From: Dendrobates tinctorius
Lineage: Eukaryota
Assembly: GCF_039654945.1 (NCBI RefSeq)
Contig: NW_027361751.1
Coordinates: 4,030,001 to 4,094,000, forward strand
DNA: 64,000 nucleotides
Direction: 5' to 3'
Positions 1-13,013 of the stretch are shown piece by piece. The notes below the pieces were generated by a model that was given only the letters and a program-made list of their open reading frames with translations, was not told where the DNA came from and did no database searches. Positions within the stretch are counted from its first letter, which is position 1. Every line of letters starts with the position of its first letter. The translations under genes and the position numbers were made by a program.

Positions 1-575
1 GAGCATTATATGTGGCCCATTATTTTGTATGCAGCATTATGTGGGCCCATTATTCTGTATGCAGCATTATATGGGCCCTTTTTTCTGTATAAAGCATTAT
101 ATGAGGCCAATTATTCTGTATGCAGCATTATATGGAGCGCATTATTCTGTACACAGAATTATATGGGGTCCCTTCTGTATGACACATTATATGTGATCCA
201 TTATTTTGTATAGAGCGCTATATAGAGCTCAAATGGAGCAATATATGGGGCTCATTATATGTTATGGAGGAATATTTGAGGCCCATTATACTGAATGGAG
301 CAACATATGGGGTCCATTATTCTGTATTAAGCATAATATGGGGTGCATTATTCTGTATGGAGCATTATATGGGGTCTATTATTCTGTATTAAGCATTATA
401 TGGGGTCCATTATTATGAATGGAGCATTATATGGGGTCCATTATTCTGTATGGAGTGCTATAAAGGGCGTGTTATTCTGTAGGGAGCAATATATGGGGTT
501 CATTATACTGTATGGAGCAATATATGAGGCCCATTACACTGAATGGAGCAATATATGGGGCTCATTATACTGGCA
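1..575. repeat. Degenerate ~31-bp tandem repeat (GGAGCATTATATGGGGCCCATTATTCTGTAT-like)
   Basis: Visible periodic repeat; probably internal to the hAT-like element that ends at 1205. Confidence 0.8.
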
Positions 576-643
576 GAGTAAATGGGCCGCACATAAAAAA
601 AATTTGAGCCAGGGGCAGCATTCCTTTCAAACTTAATACACCC

Positions 644-870
644 CGTACACGCGCGGCTCTGTACACCTCGTACACACACAGCTCCACTCCATACACCTCA
701 TGCACACAGGGCTCCGCTCCTTACACCTCGCACACAAAGGGCCGCTCTGTACACCTCATACACACAGGGCTCCGCTCTGTATACCTCGTACACACAGGGC
801 TCCGCTTTGTACACCTCGAACACACACGGCTCCGCTCCGTACACCTCGAACACACAGGGCTCTGCTCCAT
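644..870. repeat. 30-bp minisatellite (CTGTACACCTCGTACACACAGGGCTCCGCT-like)
   Basis: About 7 units; the same module occurs inverted at about 29735-30140. Confidence 0.8.
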
Positions 871-1205
871 CCACCCTGTAAACCCCTCCTGACCCCACGC
901 ATAAACTTACCTTCATCCAGTACCATGACAACCAGCACACAGACAGCAGCGTCCATCTTGCACACACTGAGGCCCCTGATCATGAGACTCCTGACTCCTC
1001 CCCCTCCTGTGACCTCATCACAGGTCCTGTGACCTCATCACAGGCCCTGTGCAGTGTGTGCACACAGAACAGCCAATGCCATTGCCACTCCTGAATGCGT
1101 GCCTTCCCTCTGCCTCCGGGAATGAAACATGTGGTGCACCGCGGGCCGCAGATGCCTGCCTCGGGGGCCACATGCGGCCCATGGGCCGCATGTTTGAGAC
1201 CCCTG

Positions 1206-1821
1206 CTCTACTCTACAGCCCCACTTTCTTTCTTCCTCCACAGCCCCGCTCTCCATGCACCACACGCAGTGATGCCGGGACCAGGAGAGAGATGCGCAGA
1301 TTGTTTGTTTGGCCGGAGTGGGCGGAGCTGAGCGGAGTGGACGGAGCTAGAGCAGAGCTGCAGCGCATGTGATTCGGCGGCCTGCAGGGGGTGTGGCCTA
1401 GCGCGGGTGGCCGGAGTGGGCTGAGCTTGCCGGAGTGGGCGGAGCTAGAGCGGAGTTGCAGCACGTGTGATTAGGCGGCCTGTGGGGGCGTGGCCTAGCG
1501 CTGTAGTAGGCCACAGTAGAAGCCGGGGACTAAATTTAGGCCGGGAATCTGCAGGGGAGAGGGGGGGATAGCGCAGTTGGTGACGGGGAGCGTCAACTGA
1601 GCCGGGACAGGGCTGGGAGAGTGCCGGCACTATTCGGCCCCTGTCCTGAAGACTGTCTTCCTCCACAGCCCCGTTCTCCATGCACTGTCCTGCTGTATCC
1701 GTCCTCAGCCCTGCTCTCCAACCGCGTCCAACTCTGCTGCTTCGTGATTGGTTGGTGTCCCACTTTGCTGCTTCGTGATTGGTTGGTGATACACACACAC
1801 ATTCAGATTTATATATAGAGA
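1206..1821 (-). mobile_element. 5' part of a non-autonomous Helitron-like element
   Basis: Minus strand begins A|TCTCTATATATAAATCTGAATGTGTGTGTGTATCACCAACCAATCACGAAGCA, the same 5' end as the element at about 32716. Confidence 0.55.
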
Positions 1822-1959
1822 TTTCACATATTGGGACATCATTAACAAAAATACATGGCCCTTAGAGGTTCTTAAAATTAACTAACTGCATTCTTGGATG
1901 AACAACACATGACAAATGACACTGTTTAATTATTTATTTGACCAAAACTAGGTGCAAAT

Positions 1960-3300
1960 GCAGAAGCAGTATATGAAAAATTAAGTACACCTCATGAGTC
2001 AGTAGCTTGTTGAATAAACCAGAAGAAAGAAGAAGCAATAAGTTGAAGTAATTGTTTTCTGTATGATTTTGTCAGCCTCTCATATCGTTTTAGAGGAATT
2101 TTTACTTTGGGCCAATCTTCTTACAACATTACTTACGTTCATTGAGGTTTGTGGGCTTTTGATTATACACAGCTCTCTTAAGGTCCCATCACATCATGTC
2201 ACTTGGGTTGAGGTCTGGACTGTGACTGGTCTTTGCTACCTTGATTCTTTCCTTTTTCAAATATTCTTGAATAAATTTGTTGATGTTCTTGGGATAGTTG
2301 TCCCGTTGCATGAACCAGATTTGGCCAAGCTTTAACTTTTGGATAAACGGCTTCACGTATTATTCTAATAAGCTTTGGCATACAGAGATGTTTGCAGTCG
2401 ACTTAATGACTACAAGTTACAGAGGACCTTTGACTATAAAACAAGCCCATATCATCATCCATCCACCACTGGACTTGACAGTTGTTATGCAGTAGTGAAT
2501 AAGGAAGGAACTGCTCACCATAAGACAGGTGGAGATACTTAATTAGAATTTATTCAGAATATCTCATATCCATAGATTACATGGCCATCAGTATAGATAA
2601 AATGTAATGTTTCAGGTAAATACACATCGCTCCCTTTACACAATACTTGATCCTGTCTGATGAAGGGTACCTAAAAGGTTACGATTTGTCTATACTGACA
2701 GCGATGTAATATATAGATATGAGAAATTCTGAATAAAGCCAAAATAAGCATTTCCACGTGCTTTATCGTGTGCAATTCCTTCCTTACATTCACCACTGGT
2801 CTACAGGAACTCAGTGATCAGCTCCAAGTTAATTAGTATCCTATATAAATCCAACCATCTATTGAGGGTGTGGCACCAATCCTATTGATTATAGTTGGTA
2901 ATAGGTGGTCTGTGTTGATACACTGTTTCGTTTTTGCCAGAAAGAAGAGGCTTTTTCCTGACAACCCTTCCAAACAAGCCATATTTATGCTGCCTATTTC
3001 TAATTGTATTCTCGTGAACTTCAACATTGAATATGGTAACTGAGGCCTTTAGAGTCTGAACTGTAGCTCTTTGTTGATTGTTTTTTTTTTTTTTTTTGCA
3101 ATTTCCCTGAGCATTGCATGGTCTGACCTTATTGTGAATTTGCTAAGATGTCAACTCCATTGAAGATGGTCAACTGAATGTTTTTTTACGTGTGTACTCG
3201 TGGTAATATTACTTACTGCAGAATGATGGACTTCAAATTGTTTGGAAATGACCTTACAACTCTTACTAGATTGATGGGCTGCAACAACTGATCTCCAAGA
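1960..3300 (-). mobile_element. Degenerate Tc1/mariner remnant interrupted by a palindromic insert
   Basis: AATTAAGTACACC-type motif; decayed minus-strand transposase-like peptides (e.g. ACLEGLSGKSLF, a GRVARKKPL-like region). Confidence 0.45.
2496..2793. mobile_element. Palindromic Penelope-like insert with a degenerate hammerhead-like core
   Basis: Arms GTGAATAAGGAAGGAA...TTCCTTCCTTACATTCAC and TTTATTCAGAATATCTCATATC/GATATGAGAAATTCTGAATAAA; CTGATGAAG at 2657. Confidence 0.5.
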
Positions 3301-5119
3301 TCACCAGCACCAGAGGTATCTCCACCCTATTCCAGTTAAATAACACTTTGTGTGCTCAGTCATAACGTGTTATGGAGGTGCAGAAGGAACAAATGTTGGT
3401 CAACAGCTTTTTAAAGTGTATGACCATCCTTCGATAGACCATCATCATCATCAGTATTAACAAAAATCAATTCTTTTCTATGCCTTTTGAAGTCCACATA
3501 TTAAAGTATGTTTAGAGATCTTCGGAAATCTATGCAGCACAGATTTAGGATGGTGTACTCAGCAGGATTTCTGGTTTATTATAACACACCCCAAGCTTAA
3601 ATAGTGTCACAACCGAGTCACAAACACCACTTGCGTCATCCACATTGTCGGGTAAAAGCTCACACATGCGCAGAGAAATCAGGACTCGCACCTGCACATT
3701 ATGTTTTGCGCTACAGCGCTCATGCGCACTTGTGTTTTCGACTCAGCCCGCAGTAGGGCAAAGCCTGGTGTGCAGCCGCGATATGTCTGCGCAGGTGCAA
3801 GATTTTGCCCAGCAATGTGGATGACATAGGAGGCGTCATCCACATCACTCGAAGCAGGAGGATGGCAAGCAGCAGCCAGGAGGAGGGACAGAGAGCACTG
3901 AAAGGACACCTATCAGGCCCAATGGACAGGATTAACATACAGCACAGGAAAACTTCAAAATTTTTATGGGGGTTATACAGGGGCAATCAGGGGGTTATCT
4001 GATCTGAATTCCACCATATTGTTATAATGAGGTCAGGTGTAAAGCCACGTGTATCATTCACATGTCTGTTTTTTACTTTTGAGTTCTTTACGTGCTTTTC
4101 AGATAGAACATGTGCCATTATAGGATACGTAGTGGTCTGTAAAATAAAGAACATAGACATCCATTATTGATCCTAGACACAAATCAAGTGTACTCATTCA
4201 AGTCTGAGACCATGAAAAACTGCTTCTCATGTTTGCTTCCTAGGAGAAGCTTGAGAAACCTTCATCAGTTAGATATTTTTTTTGCATATGAGAAAAGCAC
4301 TGAAGAAACATTGATGAAAATTGATCCTTTTTTGTGCACAAGAAAAATGACTGTTACCAAACAACCTTTTCCGTTACCCATTGCAAGGTATCAACCACTC
4401 AGATTTTAATATTTTTGACATTGAATGAAGCCTATGCTCTTCTACTGCTATGCCCTGTACTACGAGCTATTAGTAATGTGTGCCTTGTGTGAACGCATGA
4501 ATATAATGAGCTTATTTCACAATTTGCAGGAAAGGATGAAGGTCTGTGGAGATCCCTCGGCTATACATTGTAGAAGGCACTGTCCTCTTTTTCATAGGAA
4601 GGGAATGGAGACTTGCTCAGAAACCAATCTACTGATAAAAGATGAAAGTATATGACTAACATATAGAAAAACATTACAAACCACAACAAAATCAATACAA
4701 TATTATTTTACTATTACTATTGAGATACTTCTACTACTACACCGACTGCAGGGAATTGTGCAATAATAATATCATAAGATGCCTAAATAATGTGTCCTCT
4801 ATGCCTAAATACCAGTTATACAATGCCTATATAATAATGTTACCGAATGCACAGATAGTTACTTATTCCCGGGTCTTCAATCCAATAGTTAGAAATTGCA
4901 ATGGATCATCCTATGTAAGGTCGTGGGCTCCTGGATGACGATGGACCCTGAGTATTTTGCCTTTTTCCCCTGTTCTTACTTTAAACATGGAAGCCCATCC
5001 TCGAAGCGGGAAAAGCACAGATCCAATCCTATACACAAAAGGAAGAAACTCATGCAGAATACAGCAGTGTGAATGAGCTTCCTACAACTACTGCACTGTA
5101 TGTATATATACTGTATATA

Positions 5120-5332
5120 AACTGCTCAAAAAAATAAAGGGAGCACTAAAATAACACATCCTAGATATCACTGAATGATATGAGAGCAATGACAAAATGC
5201 AAAAGTGACCAAAACTACAGCCAAAAAGGATGAGAACAGAGAAATGGTCTGTGGTCACCCCCTGCATTACCACTCCTTTTATAGGGGTTGCATTGTGTTG
5301 TTTAAGTGTTCCCTTTATTTTTATGAGCAGTA
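5120..5332. mobile_element. Tc1-like MITE (TIR ACTGCTCAAAAAAATAAAGGGA)
   Basis: Inverted termini in a TA context; a shorter copy of the same family lies at about 6921-6997. Confidence 0.7.
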
Positions 5333-5546
5333 TATGTATATAAATAAAGCAAACCCTTTCTATTCCATATAATGGGGTCTTCTTTGTGATCATCATTTCC
5401 ACACAAACATTTTAGTAATAATGGAGCTGTATTATAGCACCGATAGATTTTATATAATTCCATATTACTTTTGGTAAAACATATAAGCATACATTTTATT
5501 TTAAATGCAGTGCCATATAGGACACCAAGAAATATACAGTATTGAG

Positions 5547-5877
5547 CAGGGTTGCCGACTTGACTTTTTATTTTTTCTGCATGTCTTATCAAAAAATCAC
5601 AGACAGACAATATTTTTTACAGACACATTGGAAAACCATAATAAACCATTATGATTATAAGTGATACCTGTCTACAGCCTATGATTCTGATATGAGACAT
5701 CGGCTGCAATCACTGTAAACTGTAGAATGATGATAATTACAGTCACAATATTCTGTAAAAGTTTCTTCAGATTCAAGAAAATCACAGACGTGTTCAATTT
5801 TTTTTTTTACGGACAGGGAAAACAAGGTCCCTATTTTTAGAGACTGTCCTGGGATTCCTGGATGGCTGGTAACACTG
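5547..5877. mobile_element. hAT-type MITE
   Basis: TIR CAGGGTTGCC; 8-bp TSD GTATTGAG/GTATAGAG; second copy at 27777-28042. Confidence 0.8.
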
Positions 5878-6318
5878 GTATAGAGTAAGAACAGCTCCCT
5901 AGTACAGAAACACAGGAATTCCAGGTGCCTCCATACAGCTTTTTGCTGTTGGATCTGCACTGTGCATATGGTCTTGGTTTTTTTTTGTTACGTTTCACAT
6001 TTAATGGAAAAATTAAGAAAAAAACATTTACGGTTATTCGCTTTTTCTGCAGAGAACAATAATCATCCGAATGTTCATTTACAATTATTCTAAAGTGTAA
6101 AGACGTCCAGCGATGAAACAATGAGCAATAACTCATTCATTTGTTTGATCACATCTTTTATGCTTACATTAAAATTATAGCTTGGCATCATCATATTTCC
6201 TCTTATAAACAGGTATGAGCCTGTAAAGAAAACTGTATGAGAGGAGGAAAATGAACAATAGCGCTAAAGAAGCGAGTATACAAGTATAAAGTAGTAATAT
6301 ACATATTCTGTATATATA

Positions 6319-6881
6319 CACAGCTCTGGAAAAAATTAAGAGACCACCACATCAAATCTCTGTCATGGCCGGCCCAATCTCCAGAACTGAACCCCATTGA
6401 AAACCTCTGGAATGTAATCAAGACGAAGATGGATAAACACAAGCCATCAAACAAAGAAGAACTGCTTACATTTTTGTACCAGGAGTGGCATAAGGTCACC
6501 CAAAAGCAGTGTGAAAGACTGGTGGCAAGCATGCCAAGACGCATGAAAGCTGTGATTAAAAATCATGGTTATTCCACAAAATATTGATTTCTGAACTCTT
6601 CCTGAGTTAAAACATTAGTGTTGTTGTTTCTAAACGATTATGAACTTGTTTTATTTGCATTATTTGAGGTCTGAAAGCACTGTTTTGTTTTGTTTTTAAT
6701 TTTGACCATTTCTCCTTTTTAAAAAAAAAAAAAAAAAATGATTCCTTGGAAATTCGGAGACATGTTGTCAGAAGTTTATAGACTAAAAGAACAATTTACA
6801 TTTTACTCAAAAATATACCTATAAAGAGAAAAATCAGTCAAACTGAACATTTGGAAGAGGTCTCTTAATTTATGCCAGAGC

Positions 6882-6885
<4 letters not shown>
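6319..6885 (+). mobile_element. Internally deleted Tc1 transposon
   Basis: TIR CAGCTCTGGAAAAAATTAAGAGACC at both ends; C-terminal transposase WPAQSPELNPIENLW...MPRRMKAVIKNHGYSTKY* at about 6366-6586. Confidence 0.88.
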
Positions 6886-6922
<37 letters not shown>

Positions 6923-7019
6923 CTGCTCAAAAAAATAAAGGGAACACTATTCCATTTGTAACAGGCTGTTTGTGTTCCCTTTATTTCTTTGAGCAGTATA
7001 TATATAGAGAGAGAGAGAA

Positions 7020-7990
7020 AAAAAAACGACCAGCACCTCCTAATGTGAACACGCGCAAGCTGCAAAAACTGCACAATATAGAGAAAAAGAATACAGCAGC
7101 ACATGTACATGAATCTAGGCCATGTGGAAACACAGAAAAACAGTAAAACCATTCAATTTAGATAATAATCCTCAAAAATATTTTTTTCAAAAAAAAATTT
7201 TTTTTTACTTACAGTAAGATGAAAAATGAAGGTTCTTAGTGCACAAATTGGCCAATTCATGTAAGCCCATCAACGATGGCAAGGTGACCTCCCCTGATGG
7301 GTCCCTGCTCTACCGTACATAAGCCACTTCTGGGCCACCAGCCTACAATTTTGGACAAACATGTCACTACCGGGCTAAGCCTACAATTCATGGGCAGGTA
7401 GAGCTGATTGCGGCCACCTGCAAGGCCAATGTGAGGGGTGCAAGGTCAGACTGGAGGCAGCTGACGAAGGTACGCCGAAACGCGCGACGGGGCTGGCACA
7501 TCCTGGGGACTCTAACAACACAAGAGGTACAGCACTGTCTGTTTAATGTTGACACTTCTAATTTGCCTCCTGTACCACTTTTACACTTATTGTGTTGGAG
7601 CTCAGCTTTTATGTAGCTTCCCCTTTGCACTGCACTTTATTTATTATTGCTGCAACGGATTAACATGCATTTGCACTTTTGGAATTAAGTCTGAATTTAT
7701 CATGTTTGTATTGATTATGCACGGTCACTTTATTTATATATTTTGTACCCCTTGATGCATTCAAACATATGACTGAATATATTTTTGTCCCCGGTAGTGC
7801 CCTTTCCATGGCATTGGCCTTTCCCCCATTTTAATTTTATTTTAATTACATTGTATAATTATTTAATAAATAAATTGATCATTATTGGACATCTTCGTTG
7901 TTCTGATTTTAGTATCCGAGTTGTCTTCATATTTCCCATATATGCGATTGTTTTAATCCTAACATTGCATAATCCTTGAGATATTTTAAT
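7020..7990. mobile_element. Penelope-like non-autonomous remnant beside a (TA)n/(GA)n tract
   Basis: Contains a hammerhead-like core at 7461-7490; shares a TTAG-GCA-AAA-TGGCCAA-T-ATGT stretch with 41665-41695. Confidence 0.45.
7461..7490 (+). ncRNA. Degenerate minimal hammerhead-like core
   Basis: CTGACGA-A-GG(TACG)CC-GAAA-CGCGCG; cleavage triplet reads GAC and stem I is broken, so probably inactive. Confidence 0.45.
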
Positions 7991-10593
7991 TCTACATATC
8001 AAATACAATTGTTGTTTATATATAATCAAGCGATAGATAATCTAAAATGGATGGAGAAAGGTTTACTTGATGGACCAGTGCCTTTTCACAACCTACTCTG
8101 TGTGTGTGACTGTGTGCAGTGAGCTGTACAGTGAAATATGGCCGCCCTGTGCCTCTATTTTACAGAGCTATTACACAGTATTCCGGACACCACATTATGG
8201 ATGTATACATTACTATATGATCCTTACAGCTGGTTTACACATATAGGATGTTGCCCCCAATGACCCCAGGGTCCCCGGGTCAGGATTTTTAGATTCAGGT
8301 TATTAGATCAGATTACTAGGAATATCTGAGCTGGCCATTTATACCCAGGAATGTCTCCTTTGTAGCGAAATCATTTCCTGCTTTCCTCATCATGGGATTT
8401 TTTCTGATCTGATCCCAATTTATTTGACTAATTAGAATGATTGCACTGGAGAAAATCGTTTTTAGTTCTGATGAGCCTGCTGATTGTTCCCCTGTATACA
8501 GATCTTTTTCTGCAATCTGTCACCTCCTTATACCTGGTAGGAAGCAGGATTTTCCTATAAAGGATCATTCCCATTAATATATCAGTGAGGTCACACCTGC
8601 CAAGTATCAGCTCTCCTTCCTCTGGGAATGATCGCCTTCTGCCCCAGCCCAGTACATGGACATCCTCCTCACCTGAGTCCTCACCAGCTTCTTCTCCTCC
8701 CAGCAGGCAGGGTGACAGTGCTGCCATCCTATCTGGTGTGACATCCTGGGACACATGTTGCTGCTTCTTGTCTGGAGAGGAGAAAGCAGACAGAAATCAC
8801 AGACAGAGGGGGGGAACAGCATGGCACCATACTCAACCCTCAGCTGGCACTGTGGTGCCCACACATCCTTGCCCTGGACTTCTGCATCTCTTTAATGGTT
8901 CCTTTCTGTTGCAGATAAAAAAAAAAATGATCCCTTGTGGAATGTGACTAATCCTTTTAGCTTCCTGTCAACTGTGGCTGCAAAAAAGAATCTGATTTTT
9001 TTAAATCAAAGATCAGAAGTCTATTGGAGTGAGATCTGTCATTGACATGACCTTGACTTACATGAATTAATCCCTGTTAACCTGCATTGAAAATATTGTC
9101 AGACCACTTTAATCTTGAGTCCCTTTGATTAAAGACGATTTTATTTTTATTTATTTTTTTTATTATTATTTTTGGGGGCGAGGGGTGTGATTGTCAGAAC
9201 TTCAGAAACCTATTACTTGCATGTGTAATTGAAGGCCAGTGCCAACCTTCCCTGGGCACAATGGTCAATTAAATCACTTTATTTTTTTATGCTTCTCCCA
9301 CTTTTCACTTATCAGGAAACTTTCTGGTTGTGTGGCATATGATCCCATCTGATTTTAGTCACAGCAGCCTGCCCCCTATTGGATGCCAGTGGAATAACAC
9401 CGTGGGACTGCAAAGCCACCAGTAGAATAACACAAGGGCAGAAGAGAAGGGAAGTTCCTAAAGACCAAATTCTAAAACTGTGAGCAGCTCCAAGTCATCA
9501 TGAAAGCTGCAGTAATAGGGTCAAAGCTCAGGTCTGGAGCACATGGTAGCAGTGTCTGCTGCTGGGTAGGTGTCTGCTCTTCCCTCTGCTCTCCACCCTG
9601 ACTACTGCCTCTCTGCTCTCACAGCTCATCTCCAGACAGAGCACAAAGACTCCACACACATTCCACTCGTGTTATTTTCCCTGTGGGATATTATTGGTTA
9701 AACTAAATAATTAAGGTGATTTTTTTTGTTGTTTTTTTTCCTCATTGTTTTACCAGAATTTCGTTATGATTCCTTAACTATTATTTTTTTCTTCATCCAT
9801 AGAGAGTAAGAATTCTTAAAATAAAATAAAAAATAAATAAAATGTCATTACAGGAGTGTAGAACACAGATTTAATGTGATGTTGGCTATGGTCATGTTTT
9901 TACAAAGCAGAGCTGAGTAGCAATTATTTTCCATGTTGTTTGTTTGTTTTTGTCTTTTTTTATTTTGCTTTATTATGTTAAAAATAATTAAATAGTGAAT
10001 GTAAAATAAAATATAATTGCAGGAGAGTAGATTACAGATTTCATGTTATGGCGGATAATATCTTTATTTTTACAGAGCAGAGTAACAATTATTTACATTG
10101 ATGTTTGGACCTGGAGCTTTGTTTTGTCTTTGTTTGCTTTTTTTAGGTTAAAAAGTAAATCAATAGTAAAAGTAAATAAATAAATAAATATATATATATA
10201 TATATAATGAAAAATGTTATTTTTTTAGTGCATAGTATTTATGATCAGGAAAATAAATGATGCAGTCTGAGCATAAAAACATCTAAAGACTATTTTATTT
10301 GATCATTTAGTTTTTTAGAATTTGGCTTTTTGATCTTTCAGACACATTTTATTTTTATTTCCTAATCTGGGTAATTCTATATCGCGATATGAATAATTCA
10401 AGAATGGTTGCAAATAAATTACTTTTTTCTGATCTCCGATCATTTACAGGCAGGACTTGATCAAGTATGTTAGTTAGACTTCTTCATTTGTATATCTAGA
10501 AAATCGTGGATTAGAATTGTATTAAAGAATATATTCAATAGAAGACGAAGAGATTATCCTGAAAGCAGAAATCCCGGCTGTTCTCTGCTCGGC

Positions 10594-10705
10594 GGCTGCG
10601 TGTGTGCGGAGCTGCGTGTGTGTGCGGAGCTGCGTGTGTGCGCGGAGCTGCGTGTGTGCGCGGAGCTGCGTGTGTGCGCAGAGCTGCGTGTGTGCGGAGC
10701 TGCGT
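10594..10705. repeat. 18-bp tandem repeat (GGAGCTGCGTGTGTGCGC), about 6 copies
   Basis: Directly visible. Confidence 0.9.
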
Positions 10706-11701
10706 CAGTTACATGTGTGTATGGGGAAAATCCAGGAAAATCTGCCAGCCCAGGACTAATGTACTAAGGAGAACCCAAGGAAAACATTTCATCTATTTAC
10801 TTCCATCCATCTACCGATCTATCTACTTATCTTCTCTCCTATTATTTATTTCATTTCTACTTTTCCAAGAATATATAATTTTTTAATCTCATATCTGTCC
10901 ACGTATCTTTATATATATATTTATATTCATCTAATTATTATTAGGTACATTATTAGTACAGTACATGTACGATAACAACCATATCAATAGTTTAGACCCA
11001 CGTTTTTTATTCCCCAGTGTGCCTACCTTGAGTAATTAGCTTTCTTTACTAAGCTTATAAAATGTATTTAATGTGTAATTATTATAACATATTTATATCA
11101 TTATATAAAACATATTGATACATATTTATATTTATACACTATATATTCTAATATATTTACAATAGAAAGTTAATTACTCAAGGTATGCACACAGAAAAAT
11201 GATGTACAACGAAAACATTGATAGGGTAGAAAGATTTTTTTTTCTATTCCCTATTTTTTATTAAATTTATCAGTGAAGTACAATGTTTAATACTTGTATA
11301 AAATGGTGTAATAAAAACGCTCTTTATATAGTGGATCGATATGATCACATAATAATCAGCGTAGAGTTTCAACCTTTTTTTTTTAAGTTGGACTTGTATT
11401 TGTAATTTTCTTTCAGTAGTCTGGAATGAATCGCAAACCTCGGCTCGTTCTTTCCCATGTTGGGATCCTTCTCCAGGATGTGATAGGCTTCCAGAAGTTT
11501 CATGCAGAACAAACAATACTTTAAATAGTAATTTCCAAGTCTGCTCTGTGACATGATGACTTCATGTTTCTTTTCAGTGCTATAAAACTATCGGAGGACA
11601 GTCAGGATCAGCAGAAGCTTCCATCCAGCGCTGGGTTACTACTACTCTCCATGGCTGTAAACTTATTGGCTTAAAAAATAAATATATCTATAGATAGATA
11701 A

Positions 11702-13013
11702 CACAGGTCAACGAAAAAAAATTTTTTTTCTGGTGTCCAAAATATTTTAATGAATTTGGGGTATTTTTGGGGTGCTGATTCTGAATATGTCATCAGTTTT
11801 GCCAGATTGGCTCAAGTTTTTGAGATTTTTGGTATCTTATTTATAGCACTTGTTGGTAAATGCGACGCATCATCTCATTAATTTCTTTGGATTAGTACTT
11901 GAACTGAGCAGTTCTCAATATAGTTTTGTGTTAATTAGTGTTCTAAAAGTTTGTTCATAGCTTGATTTTTGCACTAACTTTATGTTGTTGTCTGTTTTCC
12001 AGTGAAAAGCATGAACTCATCATGAAGAAGTTGTCTTAACGATCCAGACTCATTCTGTTACATTTGTGGTGAATATACACTGCCAAAACATAGAAGAAAC
12101 ATAACACACTTCGTAAAAAAAGTGTATTTTGCCTATTTTGGGGTTATGCTTGGGGACCAAGACAAGTTTTGGGCACCACACATAGTGTGCAAAGCATGTA
12201 TCGAATTATTACGAAAATGGAGCAAAGGACAAAGAAAAAGCTTCAAATTTGGTGTTCCAATGGTGTGGAGAGAGCCAAAAAATCATCATGATGACTGTTA
12301 TTTCTGTGCAGTGCAAGTGCAAGGATTCAATAAGCATAAGAAACGAAAATGGGAGTAACATGGAATCTGCAAGAAGGCCTGTCCCTCATTGTGAAGATGT
12401 GCCTGTACCTGTGTTTACCATAAATAACAGTCATCATGATGATTTTTTGGCTCTCTCCACACCATTGGAACACCAAATTTGAAGCTTTTTCTTTGTCCTT
12501 TGCTCCATTTTCGTAATAATTCGATACATGCTTTGCACACTATGTGTGGTGCCCAAAACTTGTCTTGGTCCCCAAGCATAACCCCAAAATAGGCAAAATA
12601 CACTTTTTTTACGAAGTGTGTTATGTTTCTTCTATGTTTTGGCAGTGTATATTCACCACAAATGTAACAGAATGAGTCTGGATCGTTAAGACAACTTCTT
12701 CATGATGAGTTCATGCTTTTCACTGGAAAACAGACAACAACATAAAGTTAGTGCAAAAATCAAGCTATGAACAAACTTTTAGAACACTAATTAACACAAA
12801 ACTATATTGAGAACTGCTCAGTTCAAGTACTAATCCAAAGAAATTAATGAGATGATGCGTCGCATTTACCAACAAGTGCTATAAATAAGATACCAAAAAT
12901 CTCAAAAACTTGAGCCAATCTGGCAAAACTGATGACATATTCAGAATCAGCACCCCAAAAATACCCTAAATTCGATGAAATATCTTTGGCACCAAAAATG
13001 CTGTTGACCAGTG
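11702..13013. mobile_element. Fold-back derivative of a Chapaev3-like (CMC) DNA transposon
   Basis: TIR CAC(A/T)GGTCAAC, 3-bp TSD TAA on both sides; ~545-bp near-perfect inverted arms (11759-12303 and 12422-12966) carrying the transposase N-terminus. Confidence 0.8.
12011..12420 (+). pseudogene. Truncated Chapaev3-type transposase N-terminus (Cys-rich zinc-finger region)
   Basis: MNSS*RSCLNDPDSFCYICGEY...YFAYFGVMLGDQDKFWAPHIVCKAC...FGVPMVWREPKNHHDDCYFC; early stop, frameshift near 12358; inverted copy at about 12422-12714. Confidence 0.72.

Larger units (their letters stand above)
1..1205 (-). mobile_element. End of a non-autonomous hAT-like DNA transposon (other end outside the window)
   Basis: Terminus reads CAGGGGTCTCAAACATGCGGCCC on the minus strand with GGGCCGCA subterminal motifs, typical of vertebrate hAT/Charlie-like ends. 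Confidence 0.55.
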
